Assembly (NCBI GenBank): GCA_913063525.1
Contig: CAJXYV010000001.1
Span: 1 to 59,330 of the forward strand
Reading direction: 5' to 3'
DNA length: 59,330 nt
Source of the DNA: an uncultured Verrucomicrobiota bacterium
GTDB taxonomy: Bacteria; Verrucomicrobiota; Verrucomicrobiia; Verrucomicrobiales; Akkermansiaceae
Part shown: in pieces, positions 10,110-20,210 of the stretch
Layout: every line of letters starts with the position of its first letter
Position numbering within the stretch: the stretch's first letter is position 1
Notes under the pieces: model-generated
The model's input: only the letters and a program-made list of their open reading frames with translations
Told to the model about the DNA's origin: nothing
Databases searched by the model: none
Made by a program: the position numbers and the translations under genes

Positions 10110-11333
10110 ATGCCTAAAATTTCTCCACTGGCCGTGCTGGCACTTGCCGCGATGGCTGTTTCGCTGCGCGCGGAAACCGTCGTCGTCTCGCTCGCGAGTG
10201 TCGGCAACCGCATCCATGCACAAAACCCCGATCTTGCGGCGGCACGCATGGGTATCCGCGAGGCCGCGGGTCGACTGAAACAGTCCGGCCGCCTCGCCAA
10301 CCCCGATCTGGAAACCGCCTTCGAACGCCACTCAAACTCACGGGAAGGCAAAGTCGAAATCGGCTTTGCACAGCGCTTCCCAGTCACCGGGCGCTTGCGT
10401 TTGGAAAAGGAAGTTTTGCTGACTGAACTCAAATCCGCCGAAGCTGAAGTGCGCGAGGTCGAGCGGCAGCTCGTCGGCCAGGCCCGTGAAACCATGGTGA
10501 AAGTGTTGGCCACGCGCCAGCGCCACGAGCTGCTGCGTGACCAGTCCGGCGTGACCACTCGCTTTGCCCAGTTCCTAGCCGACATTGCCGCAAAAGGCGA
10601 AGGCTCTACCCTCGACGCCGGCCAAGCCAAACTCGAAGCCGCCAGTCTCACGATCGAAATACACCAGCTCCGTGCGAGCGAAACTACACTCGTCGGCGAA
10701 CTAAAACCCTTGCTCGGGATGCGCCCGGAAGAAGACCTGCATGTCGATGGCAGCCTACCGGAACCCTCGCTTCCCAGCCTCGCAGCCGATCCCTCATCTC
10801 GCCCGGATTTCCAAGCCGCTACGCTGGATGCGCTCGCCGCGACGCAAGGTCTCGATCTCGAATCATTACGCCGCTACGACGACGTCGAAGGCGGACTATT
10901 TGCTGCGGCAGAACGGACCAAAGATGCACCAGAGGACTACAAGGACGAAGCGATCATCGGCCTGCGCTTCAAAATATCACTCCCGTTCTGGAACCGAAAC
11001 GAAGGCGCAATCGAAGAGGGGCATGCCAAGAAAGCGCGAAAAGAAATGGAGGCCATTGCACTGGCTCGCAAGATCCGGTTGGAGGTGGCCGCCGCCCGCG
11101 CCGAGATGAAGGAGTGGGACGAAATGATCCGCGAGATCAACACGACGCTGCTGCCTTTGGCCGTCGAACAATCCTCCCTGGCGGAAACCACCTACCGCAA
11201 TGGGCAAGGCGAAATCCAGTCGGTGCTCCGCTCGCACGAAAAGCGGTTTCAGCTTGCCGCAGCCCGCCTCGATGCGCTGCGCGAATTCCACCTGGCACGG
11301 GTGCGCTACGAAACCGCACTGGCCAAACCCTAA
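10110..11333 (+). CDS. Outer-membrane efflux protein, TolC/CzcC family
   Basis: Signal peptide from MPKISP, NPDLAAAR...NPDLE, ISLPFWNRNEG; first of three RND genes. Confidence 0.85.
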   Translation: MPKISPLAVLALAAMAVSLRAETVVVSLASVGNRIHAQNPDLAAARMGIREAAGRLKQSGRLANPDLETAFERHSNSREGKVEIGFAQRFPVTGRLRLEKEVLLTELKSAEAEVREVERQLVGQARETMVKVLATRQRHELLRDQSGVTTRFAQFLADIAAKGEGSTLDAGQAKLEAASLTIEIHQLRASETTLVGELKPLLGMRPEEDLHVDGSLPEPSLPSLAADPSSRPDFQAATLDALAATQGLDLESLRRYDDVEGGLFAAAERTKDAPEDYKDEAIIGLRFKISLPFWNRNEGAIEEGHAKKARKEMEAIALARKIRLEVAAARAEMKEWDEMIREINTTLLPLAVEQSSLAETTYRNGQGEIQSVLRSHEKRFQLAAARLDALREFHLARVRYETALAKP

Positions 11334-11347
11334 CTCTTTCTCATTCC

Positions 11348-12460
11348 ATGAAACTTCATTTGCCCCTTTTCTGCTCCTTGCTGTTTGCCTTCGCGGCTCA
11401 CGCCGCCCCCGACTCGAACACCCTCGTGCTGGATGAAGTCGGCGTCAAAAACCTCCGCATCGAAACCGTCGAGGCCGAGGAAACCGACTTCGAAGAAACG
11501 GTCTTCGCCCTTGGCCGCATTGCTGAAATCCCCGAACGCCACGCCGTTGTCAGCAGTCGCATCGCTGGCCGAGTGATCGGCTTGAGCGCGCAGGAAGGCG
11601 ACACCGTCGCCGCCGAACAAGTCCTTGTCCGTGTCGAAAGCCGCCAACCAGGAAACCCGCCGCCCGCGATCGATCTCAAAGCCCCGATCGGCGGGTTGTT
11701 AGTTGATTCGCACATCCGCCTCGGCGAACCCGTGGAGCCCGACAAAGAGCTGCTCGACATCTCCGACCTCAGCGAAGTTCTGGCGATCGCCCGCGTGCCC
11801 GAAGATCAGGCGAGCAAACTCGCCCCCGGCAGCAGGGCGCACATCCACGTATCCGCGCTCGGCGATCAGCCGCTGGAAGGTGAAATGATTCGTTTTGGCA
11901 CATCGGCCGACCGTGAAAGCGGCACGATCGATGCGGTGTTTAAAGTCGCCAACCCAGACCTGCGGATGCGCCCCGATATGCGGGCCGAGTTCTCCATTGT
12001 GATGAGCAAACGCGCCAACGTCATCGGCATCCCACGCTCCGCGCTGCAGGGCGATGCCAGCAAGCGTTTCGTTTACGTCAAACATTTCGAGCTTCCGAAT
12101 GCATTCATCAAAACGCCCGTTCAGGTCGGACAAATGAACGACCGCTACGTCGAGATCATCCGCGGCCTCTTCCCCGCCGACGAGGTGGTCACGCGCGGGG
12201 CCTATTCTTTGTCCTTTGCAGGTGGCGGCAGCGTCTCACTCAAGGAAGCACTCGACGCGGCTCATGGCCACGAACACGCAGCCGACGGCAGTGAACTCAC
12301 CCCTGCGAAAAAAGCGGCGATGGATGCTCCCAAAAACGGCGGCACGACGACCGACGACGGCCACAAGCGATGGATGTATATTAGCGGAGGTCTTTTCATC
12401 CTGCTGCTCGCGTCCATATTCCGCAAAAGCCGTGCCACGATCGAACCCAACGCCCGCTGA
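11348..12460 (+). CDS. RND periplasmic adaptor (CzcB/CusB-like) with His-rich tail and C-terminal hydrophobic helix
   Basis: SRIAGRV...EGDTV lipoyl-like motif, LKAPIGG, MRPDM, VQVG...VEIIRGL. Confidence 0.85.
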   Translation: MKLHLPLFCSLLFAFAAHAAPDSNTLVLDEVGVKNLRIETVEAEETDFEETVFALGRIAEIPERHAVVSSRIAGRVIGLSAQEGDTVAAEQVLVRVESRQPGNPPPAIDLKAPIGGLLVDSHIRLGEPVEPDKELLDISDLSEVLAIARVPEDQASKLAPGSRAHIHVSALGDQPLEGEMIRFGTSADRESGTIDAVFKVANPDLRMRPDMRAEFSIVMSKRANVIGIPRSALQGDASKRFVYVKHFELPNAFIKTPVQVGQMNDRYVEIIRGLFPADEVVTRGAYSLSFAGGGSVSLKEALDAAHGHEHAADGSELTPAKKAAMDAPKNGGTTTDDGHKRWMYISGGLFILLLASIFRKSRATIEPNAR

Positions 12461-12463
12461 ACC

Positions 12464-15400
12464 ATGCTCAACAAACTGATTCACTGGTCGCTGGCCAACC
12501 GGGCAATCATCATCGGCCTTTCCCTGATTCTCATGGTCACGGGACTGCGCACCGCTACGGAGCTTCCCGTAGAAGTGCTACCGGACCTTTCGAAACCCAC
12601 CGTCATCATCCTCACGGAATCCGCCGGACTTTCTCCCGAAGAGGTGGAAATGCGTGTCACCCAGCCGATCGAAAGCGCATTGATGGGCATCGCCGGACTC
12701 ACCCGCCTGCGGACCAATAGCGATGTCTCGCTTTCCCTCGTCTATGCCGAGTTCGGTTGGGATACCGATATTTATAAAGCCCGGATGCTAGTCCAAGAGC
12801 GCCTACAAGGCGTGCGCGAACAGTTACCCAGTGGCGTCCAACCCTTCATCACACCCGTCGCCTCGCTGATGGGAGAAATCCTGCTAGTTGGTGTCCGCTC
12901 TAACCTCAAGGAGGGAGAACCCGGCTACCTGCCACCCAGCGAAGTCCGCTCCATCGCGGATTGGACGATCAAGCGCCGCCTGCAGAGCATTTCCGGCATC
13001 GCCGAAATTCTCAACATGGGCGGCGGGGTGAAGCAGATCGAGATCCAACCGGATCCCTACAAAATGCAGGCCAACGGCGTCAGCTTCGAGGAGCTCGAAA
13101 AAGCCGCCGCCGCATCTGCCTCCACCACCACCGGCGGCTTCATCAATACTGGCACCACCGAAATCATGGTGCGGAATCTCGCCATGACCGTGCAGCTCGG
13201 CGACATCGCCAGCACCATCGTCAAGAAAGTCAACGACCGGCCCATTTGCATCGGCGACGTCGCCAGCGTCGTGTGGGGCATCGAGCCGATGCGCGGCGAT
13301 GCCACCGTCAGCCAGAGCCCTGAAAAAACGCCGACTTACGGCGTGATCATGTCCATCACCAAGGCTCCCGGCTTCGACACCCGCGCGCTCACCGGTGAAA
13401 TCACCAAGGCGCTCGCGGAGCTCCAGCCAACCCTACCCAAGGGCATGGAAACCACGCTGCTATTCCAACAGAAGGACTTCATCGACCACGCAATCGGCAA
13501 CCTCACCGAGGCGATCCGCGACGGCGCGATCATGGTCACCATCGTCCTCTTCATCTTCCTGCTGAACTTTCGCACCACCTTCATCACGCTCATGGCGATG
13601 CCACTTTCCTTCGGCATCACCCTGCTGATTTTCAAATGTTCTGGCATCAGCGTGAACTCGATGACTCTCGGTGGCCTCGCCGTCGCGATCGGCATGGTGG
13701 TGGATGACGCGATCGTCGATGTGGAAAACGTCTTCCGCCGCTTGCGCGAAAACGCAGCCCGACCCACTCCCCAGCCGAGACTCGCGGTCATCGCCAAGGC
13801 CTCCGGCGAGGTGCGAAACTCGATCTTCTATGCCACCATCCTCATCATCCTGGTGTTCCTGCCGCTGCTGGGCCTCACCGGAGTCGAAGGAAAACTCTTC
13901 GCACCCATCGCCATCGCGACCATCGTTTCGATGATCGCATCCTTCATCGTGTCGCTCACGGCGATCCCGGTGCTCTGCTCATTCCTCCTCCACCCCAAGG
14001 CCAGCCATGAGCACCAAGACGGCTTGGTCACCCGCGGTTTGAAGTGGGTTTTGGAGCATGTCTGGCTTCGCTTCGGCCTGAGCCAACCTTACCTCCTGCT
14101 CGCCACGGCTGCGGTGATCGTGGTCGCTGCGTTTTCGCTCTATCCGCAGATGGGCAAGGATTTCCTTCCCAAGTTCAAGGAGGAAACCGCACTCGTCGCC
14201 GTCACTTCCGCGCCCGGAACATCGCTGGAGGAAATGAACAAAATTTCGGATGTGGTCGAGATGCAGATCCTCTCGGTGCCGGAAGTCCGCAAGGTCGGGC
14301 GCCGCCTTGGCCGCGCTGAACGCGGCGATCACGTCGTGCCGGTTTCAACCGCGGAGTTCGACGTCGACTTCCGCGAGGCTAAAAACGAAACAAAGGGCAA
14401 AGCCCGCGACCGCAACGAAATCACCGCGGACATCAGTCGGCGGCTGAAGACGATTCCCGGGATATTCACCGTCGTCGGTGGGCCGCTAGCAGACCGCATC
14501 GGCCACATGCTCAGCGGCGTGTCCGCGCCCGTCGCCGTCAAAATCTTCGGCCCCGATCTGGAGGAGTTGAGAAAAATCGGCATCGAAATCCAGACGATTT
14601 GCAAAACTATCCCCGGCTTCGAGGACGCCAAGCTCGATGTCCAATCCACCATTCCCCAGCTACGCATCGAAGCAGACCGCGATCGCGCCCGCGCCTACGG
14701 CATCGCCCCCGGCCATTTGAATGAGCAGCTTTCCGCACTCATCGGCGGCAAGGAGGTCGCCGAACTCCGCGATGGCCAGCGCACCGTCAACCTCGTCACC
14801 CGCCTGCCTCTGGCTTGGCGCGATTCGCCAGAGAAAATCTCACAGATCCCCATCGAGATGCAGAACGGCCAGCACGTCCCGCTCTCCCTCGTCGCCGACG
14901 TGCGCGAGGCCAAAGGCCCGAACGTGATTTTCCGCGAAGACAGCCAGCGCCGCTACGCCTTGGCGATCAAGCCGACCACCCGGGACGTCTCCACGCTCGT
15001 CGAACGCCTCAGACACGAAGTGACGAACAAGGTGAAATTACCCGAAGGCTACTTCGTCAAATTCGAGGGCGAGTTCCAAGCGCAGCAAGACGCGACCCAG
15101 CGCATCGCCCTGTTTACCTGTGCCATTCTGCTCGTGATCGGCTTTCTGCTCTATGGCTACTTCCGCACGCCGTTTTTCGCCATCCAAGTCCTCTGCGACA
15201 TCCCGCTGGCGATGGTCGGCGGGCTCGTATTGACCTATTTTATGCTCAACAACATCAGCATCGCCACCCTGGTCGGCTTCATCGCCGTCGCAGGAGTCGC
15301 CGCGCGGAATAGCATCATGCTGATCTCCCACTACCTCCACCTGATGCAGCACGAGGGCGAGGAATTCACCCAAAAGATGATCATCCGCGGCACCAAGGAG

Positions 15401-15634
15401 CGCCTCGTTCCCGTGCTGATGACGGCACTCGCCGCCGGCATCGGCCTGATCCCGCTCGTGCTCGCCGCCGATCAACCGGGCAAGGAAATCCTCCACCCCG
15501 TCGCTGTCGTCATCGTCGGGGGGCTGATCACCAGCACCCTGTTAGGCTTGGGGGTCACCCCCACTGTCTTTTACGCCTTCGGCCGTAGGGCCGCTGCAAA
15601 ATCCATCGAACTCGATTCTCCCGCCTCTCACTAA
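12464..15634 (+). CDS. Heavy-metal efflux RND transporter, CzcA/CusA family
   Basis: LPVEVLPDL, MTLGGLAVAIGMVVDDAIVDVEN, ERLVPVLMTAL, PVAVVIVGGLITST; 1056 aa. Confidence 0.93.
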   Translation: MLNKLIHWSLANRAIIIGLSLILMVTGLRTATELPVEVLPDLSKPTVIILTESAGLSPEEVEMRVTQPIESALMGIAGLTRLRTNSDVSLSLVYAEFGWDTDIYKARMLVQERLQGVREQLPSGVQPFITPVASLMGEILLVGVRSNLKEGEPGYLPPSEVRSIADWTIKRRLQSISGIAEILNMGGGVKQIEIQPDPYKMQANGVSFEELEKAAAASASTTTGGFINTGTTEIMVRNLAMTVQLGDIASTIVKKVNDRPICIGDVASVVWGIEPMRGDATVSQSPEKTPTYGVIMSITKAPGFDTRALTGEITKALAELQPTLPKGMETTLLFQQKDFIDHAIGNLTEAIRDGAIMVTIVLFIFLLNFRTTFITLMAMPLSFGITLLIFKCSGISVNSMTLGGLAVAIGMVVDDAIVDVENVFRRLRENAARPTPQPRLAVIAKASGEVRNSIFYATILIILVFLPLLGLTGVEGKLFAPIAIATIVSMIASFIVSLTAIPVLCSFLLHPKASHEHQDGLVTRGLKWVLEHVWLRFGLSQPYLLLATAAVIVVAAFSLYPQMGKDFLPKFKEETALVAVTSAPGTSLEEMNKISDVVEMQILSVPEVRKVGRRLGRAERGDHVVPVSTAEFDVDFREAKNETKGKARDRNEITADISRRLKTIPGIFTVVGGPLADRIGHMLSGVSAPVAVKIFGPDLEELRKIGIEIQTICKTIPGFEDAKLDVQSTIPQLRIEADRDRARAYGIAPGHLNEQLSALIGGKEVAELRDGQRTVNLVTRLPLAWRDSPEKISQIPIEMQNGQHVPLSLVADVREAKGPNVIFREDSQRRYALAIKPTTRDVSTLVERLRHEVTNKVKLPEGYFVKFEGEFQAQQDATQRIALFTCAILLVIGFLLYGYFRTPFFAIQVLCDIPLAMVGGLVLTYFMLNNISIATLVGFIAVAGVAARNSIMLISHYLHLMQHEGEEFTQKMIIRGTKERLVPVLMTALAAGIGLIPLVLAADQPGKEILHPVAVVIVGGLITSTLLGLGVTPTVFYAFGRRAAAKSIELDSPASH

Positions 15635-15658
15635 AAATCTCCCAACCACACATCCACC

Positions 15659-16090
15659 ATGAAAACCAAAATCGTCGCACTCATCCTCGCCAGCCTCAGC
15701 ATCGGCAACGCTGCAGAAGCTCTAAAAACCCCAAACCGTGGCCGTCTCATCAACGCGATGGAGTCGCCAACCGAGTTCCTCGTCAACCCGGAGAAAAAAA
15801 TCGAAATCCGCTTCTTGGATAAAGCTGGCAAAGTCATCGCCCCCGCCGGACAAGTCGTCACCGTCTCCATGGGCGACCGATCGAACCCAACCAAACTCAC
15901 CTTCAAACAAGACGGCGACAAAATCGTCTCCGAGCAAACCATCGCCGTGGGCGACAATCTTCCGCTCGTCCTCCAGATCCGCGCCAAAGAAGGGGCCAAA
16001 GCCGTCACGCAAAAGTTTAACCTGAACTTCGCCATCTGCCCGACTTGTAAAAATCCCGAGTACGCCTGCTCCTGCGATCACCACCATTAA
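15659..16090 (+). CDS. Exported hypothetical protein with C-terminal CxxC...CxC-HHH, probable metal-binding accessory protein
   Basis: Signal peptide, ends CPTCKNPEYACSCDHHH, last gene of the efflux operon. Confidence 0.7.
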   Translation: MKTKIVALILASLSIGNAAEALKTPNRGRLINAMESPTEFLVNPEKKIEIRFLDKAGKVIAPAGQVVTVSMGDRSNPTKLTFKQDGDKIVSEQTIAVGDNLPLVLQIRAKEGAKAVTQKFNLNFAICPTCKNPEYACSCDHHH

Positions 16091-16146
16091 TCACAAATTC
16101 TCGCCCATGGGCGAACGCCCCCCAGTCTCCGTCTACTCAACGGCAG

Positions 16147-16293
16147 GTGAATGCACTGCAACGCTGGGTGAATGCACTGCAACGCCGAGTGAATGCAGTG
16201 CAACGCCGAGTGAATGCAGTGCATCGCCAAGTGAATGCAGTGCATCGCCAAGTGAATGCAGTGCATTAGAAAGTGAATGCGGTGCAACGAGGC
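16147..16293. repeat. 21-bp tandem array B (GTGAATGCAGTGCAACGCCGA-like, 7 copies)
   Basis: GTGAATGC recurs every 21 bp between two convergent gene ends. Confidence 0.95.
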
Positions 16294-16308
16294 AGCTAAT
16301 GCAAGCCT

Positions 16309-17328
16309 TCAGTCGAGGATGCGGTGCACGATTTTGATGCGGCTCGCTTCGGACTGACGGAGGTTTTTGCGGAAATCGGCGACGGTTTGGCGGCGCTTGA
16401 TAGCGTCGATGGCGGTGAAAATCTCGGGTTTCGCTTGTTCGTAGGTCTGCGGCCCGGCGGGTTGGCGGGCGGTGACTTCGGCGAGGTGCCAACCGAGGTG
16501 GCTGCGGATCAGCTGCGGGCGGTTAGGCTCCATGGCAAACAAGGGCGAGGCGAGATCGGCAGGCAGCCGATCGCGGGTCATCCAGCCGAGTTTGCCACCA
16601 TTGTCCTTGGTGGCGGGGTCTTCGCTGACCTCGCGGGCAAGGGCGGCGAAGTCTTTTTGTTGAGATTTGAGGCTGGCGAGAGCAACAGCTAGTTTGTCCT
16701 TCGCAGCCTCAGGCGATCGATCGAGCGTGGGAATGAAGAGCTGACGGACTTCGATGCGCTCTGGCTGAGAGACGGACTGTGAATTTACCGCGAACCACTG
16801 GCGGGCTTCGGCATCGCTGACTTGGACGGCGGGGGCGATGCGTTGGGCGATGAATTTTTCCTGGCGGATCTGCGCCGTGAGGCGTTCGCGGAGATCTTTG
16901 GTCGCGGCGACGCCCTGCGACTGCATCGCGGTTTCGAGCGCTTCCTGACTTTCAAAGCGCTTGGAGAAACGCCGCAGCCGCTCGTTGATTTCCGAATCGC
17001 TGACGGGGAGCTGAGCAGCATCAGCGCTGACTTGAAGCCGCAGCAGTTCGTGGTCGATGAGTTCGTCCAGCGCGGCGGCGCGATCGGTCGGGGTTTGGCT
17101 GGCGGGAGATTTACCAACCCGCCAGAGACGCGCGGCCGTGGCGCGGTCGAGCTGGCTGCGCAAAATCGGGTGGCCCGAAACCGTCGCAACGACGGCCTTA
17201 GGATCGCGGGGAATGACAGAACTCAGCCAGCGCTGGACGGGTCCGCGGAAAATCAAAACGTCGCCGATCAAATACAACGCGGCCGCCAAAATCGCGGCAG
17301 ACAGCAGTTTTTTGAAAAATCGGATCAT
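16309..17328 (-). CDS. PpiC-type peptidyl-prolyl isomerase (SurA/PrsA-like foldase)
   Basis: N-terminal TM, SurA-N-like helical region, FAALAREVSEDPATKDNGGKLGW, SHLGWHL. Confidence 0.88.
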   Translation of the reverse strand: MIRFFKKLLSAAILAAALYLIGDVLIFRGPVQRWLSSVIPRDPKAVVATVSGHPILRSQLDRATAARLWRVGKSPASQTPTDRAAALDELIDHELLRLQVSADAAQLPVSDSEINERLRRFSKRFESQEALETAMQSQGVAATKDLRERLTAQIRQEKFIAQRIAPAVQVSDAEARQWFAVNSQSVSQPERIEVRQLFIPTLDRSPEAAKDKLAVALASLKSQQKDFAALAREVSEDPATKDNGGKLGWMTRDRLPADLASPLFAMEPNRPQLIRSHLGWHLAEVTARQPAGPQTYEQAKPEIFTAIDAIKRRQTVADFRKNLRQSEASRIKIVHRILD

Positions 17329-17341
17329 GGATGATTTCGTT

Positions 17342-17575
17342 TCAAGAAACTCGGCTCGTCGTTGGCTTCTCCCACGCCATCGCCAGCTTGCGCCCTTCTC
17401 TCGCGCAATCCATCAGATAGAGGTTGATCAGATTCTGGTAAGGAATCCCCGTTTCAGGCGAAAGCGACTTGAAATAATCAATCACACTCGGATCAAGACG
17501 GATTGTAACAGCCTTCTTGATGCCCTTTGCGTAGGGATTCTTGGTTGCTTTTGAAAAATCGTATTCCGCTTTCAT
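17342..17575 (-). CDS. BrnA-like (CopG/RHH) antitoxin, no adjacent toxin
   Basis: MKAEYDFSKA.KNPY...TIRLDPSVIDYFK...GIPYQNLINLYL, typical of this antitoxin family. Confidence 0.8.
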   Translation of the reverse strand: MKAEYDFSKATKNPYAKGIKKAVTIRLDPSVIDYFKSLSPETGIPYQNLINLYLMDCAREGRKLAMAWEKPTTSRVS

Positions 17576-17654
17576 ATGCAATTAGCAATACGCCTTATTG
17601 CATGCTGCAACAAGCGTGATTCTACGCAGCTCACGCGATTTCCCCGCCAATGAA

Positions 17655-18797
17655 TCAGCGAATTTCGACGGTGGTGCCGGGGCGGATGAGGGTGGGCAGG
17701 CGGACGGCGTCCCAGTTGGCCATGCGGATGCAACCGTGGCTGCGGGCGCGGCCGATCGTTTCGGGGCTGGGCGTGCCGTGCATGCCGACGCCGGGCTTGG
17801 TCAGGCCGCACCAGAAAATACCGACAGGACTGTTGGGGCCGGGCGCGATGTTGAGCGCCTCGGATTCGCTGCTGCGCTTGCCGGTTTCCAGCAGCTTCAG
17901 GTCGTAGCGCCAGTGGGGCAGCTCGACGGCATTTCTGACTTCCCAAGTGCCGAACTGGAGGAAGCGATCTTCGCCCGGAGTGATGGGGAATGAGGCGATG
18001 AGCCCGCGATTGGGGCGGGTGACGTGGGTGATCGGCAGCGTCGCGCCCACTTCGGAAACGACGAGGGCGGCGGGCTCGGCTTCGTAAATGCGGGCTTGAT
18101 TGATTTTGGTATCCACCACGACGTGGCGTTTGCTGAGGACACCATCGTTTTTGTAGCCAGCGCCGGTGAGGGCTTCGATGCAAAAAGGCTGCACGTTGGG
18201 AACGGTGAGACTATCGCGCGGCTTGAGACTTTCGATTTTCGCCTCGCCGTTGAGTGTCGCGAGGTAGGGGACGTCGCAGTGGTAGCGCTCCGCCATGAAC
18301 TCGGCGACGCTGCGGTAGCTCATGCGCTTGGCCTTGGCTTGGAGCTCCACTTTCGTCGGTAAATTTTCGTTCACCCAGTCGATGACCAGATCGGGAACGA
18401 CGGCGGTGGCCAGCGGATTCAGCACAGCCTTGCGGGCGGCGGTGTTGGCGGCGACCCAGTCTTCGAGCGGGTAGCCGTTCACTTCGTTCCACGATTGCAC
18501 GGCCAACTCGGTGAAGCGGCCGGGTTTGGCGTCGATGATGCCGGGACCAAACTTTGCCTCGTCGAGGAAAATTTGCAGGCGCAGCGCATCGTCGCCCGTG
18601 GGTTTCACATCGAGCGGTGAAACCTTGGGCAATGCCGGCGTGGGAGCGGGCGGAATCGTCTTTGGATGGACTTTTTCGTCATCGAGCGGTTGAGCGCGCA
18701 GGACGGGCCGGGCAGAAACGGGCGGCTTCGGCGCCGTAGGCTGAGCAGAACCCAGCGTGGCGAGGGCGATGAAAATGGATGAAACGAGACGAATCAT
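17655..18797 (-). CDS. L,D-transpeptidase family protein with peptidoglycan-binding-like region
   Basis: LQIFLD...FGPGIID, APGPNSPVG, GMHGTPSPETIGRARSHGCIRMANWD. Confidence 0.88.
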   Translation of the reverse strand: MIRLVSSIFIALATLGSAQPTAPKPPVSARPVLRAQPLDDEKVHPKTIPPAPTPALPKVSPLDVKPTGDDALRLQIFLDEAKFGPGIIDAKPGRFTELAVQSWNEVNGYPLEDWVAANTAARKAVLNPLATAVVPDLVIDWVNENLPTKVELQAKAKRMSYRSVAEFMAERYHCDVPYLATLNGEAKIESLKPRDSLTVPNVQPFCIEALTGAGYKNDGVLSKRHVVVDTKINQARIYEAEPAALVVSEVGATLPITHVTRPNRGLIASFPITPGEDRFLQFGTWEVRNAVELPHWRYDLKLLETGKRSSESEALNIAPGPNSPVGIFWCGLTKPGVGMHGTPSPETIGRARSHGCIRMANWDAVRLPTLIRPGTTVEIR

Positions 18798-18827
18798 GAA
18801 TGGATGAATGGAATCGGCGGGCGTAAA

Positions 18828-20129
18828 TTACTCAGGTTCGACAGCAAAGGATTCGAGACGCCCGGCGATCAGCGCAGGCACGACGGCGCTGACGAGGATG
18901 TCGTCGCCTTCGTAATCGGTGGTGATCACCTTGGCCTCGCGGTGCAGCAGGCTGACCAAGTCGGCGCGGTTTTGCGGGATGCGGTAGGCTTGCACGCGGA
19001 CGCGGTGGGCCAGTACTTCGGAACACGCTTGGAGCAACTCCTCCAGCCCTTGCCCCGTGACGGCCGAGGCGTGCAGCGCGTGCGGGTATTTCTTTTCCAG
19101 TGCGATCAGCTCGAAAGGGTTGGTGACTCGGTCGATTTTGTTGAGGACCGTGATGATCTCTTTATCGGCAGCACCGAGCTCGGCGAGGACTTCGAGCGTG
19201 GTGTCGTGCAGCCGTTCGATTTCGGGAGAACTCGCGTCGAGCACGTGGATGATGAAGTCGGCGAGGGTCGCTTCTTCCAGCGTTGCTTTGAATGCCTCGA
19301 CGAGGCGATGGGGAAGATTGCGGACAAAGCCGACGGTGTCGGTGATCAGCAGCGGCTGGCCATCGGGCAGCTCGATGCGGCGGGTGGTGGTGTCGAGCGT
19401 GGCAAACAGCATGTCCTTGGCCATCACGTCGGCGCCGCTGAGGATGTTGAGCATCGTCGATTTACCCGCATTGGTGTAGCCGACGATGGCGGCGTGCGGC
19501 GTGGCGAATTTTTCGCGCTCCTTGCGCTGGGTCTTGCGCTGCTTGCGGACGGTTTCAATTTCGCGCTTGGCGCGGTCGATGATCTGATACGCAAGCCGGC
19601 GGTCGACCTCGATTTGTTTTTCGCCCATACCGCGGGAGGCACCGCCGCCAGCGCCGCCACCCGATCCCGCAGATTCGCGGTCAAGGTGGCCCCACATCCG
19701 TGCCAAACGCGGAAGCGCGTACTGCATGCGGGCCAGCTCGACTTGGAGGCGCGCTTCCTTGGTCTGGGCACGCTTGGCAAAAATATCGAGAATGACTTCC
19801 TCGCGGTCGATCACGCAGAGGTCGGCGAGCTTTTCCCACTCGCGCTGCTGGGATGGAGCCAGACCGTTGTCGATCACGATCACGTCGCACTCGTGGGCGC
19901 GGGCCAGTTGGACGAGTTCGTCGGCCTTGCCGGTACCGCAGAGGAATTTTTTGTGCATCTCGCGGCTGCGATAAAGCACCGACTCGACCACCTCGACGCC
20001 GAGCGTTTTCACCAGTTCGCCCAGCTCTTCGAGCAACGACTCCGATTCCACCCCGTCGCGGGCATCAAAATAGAAACGCACCAACAAGGCGCGCTCGATC
20101 ATGTCTGGCTTTTCTCTGACTTCGAACAT
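18828..20129 (-). CDS. hflX: Ribosome-splitting GTPase HflX
   Basis: ILDIFAKRAQTKEARLQVELA, VGYTNAGKST, LFATLDTTTR, DTVGF, NKID. Confidence 0.97.
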   Translation of the reverse strand: MFEVREKPDMIERALLVRFYFDARDGVESESLLEELGELVKTLGVEVVESVLYRSREMHKKFLCGTGKADELVQLARAHECDVIVIDNGLAPSQQREWEKLADLCVIDREEVILDIFAKRAQTKEARLQVELARMQYALPRLARMWGHLDRESAGSGGGAGGGASRGMGEKQIEVDRRLAYQIIDRAKREIETVRKQRKTQRKEREKFATPHAAIVGYTNAGKSTMLNILSGADVMAKDMLFATLDTTTRRIELPDGQPLLITDTVGFVRNLPHRLVEAFKATLEEATLADFIIHVLDASSPEIERLHDTTLEVLAELGAADKEIITVLNKIDRVTNPFELIALEKKYPHALHASAVTGQGLEELLQACSEVLAHRVRVQAYRIPQNRADLVSLLHREAKVITTDYEGDDILVSAVVPALIAGRLESFAVEPE

Positions 20130-20210
20130 CCGCGAGAAGAGGTAACACCGAAGAGTTCCTTTCGCTATGTGAAATTTCTAGCGATTGCGGGCGGTTGGAT
20201 TTCAGATTTG

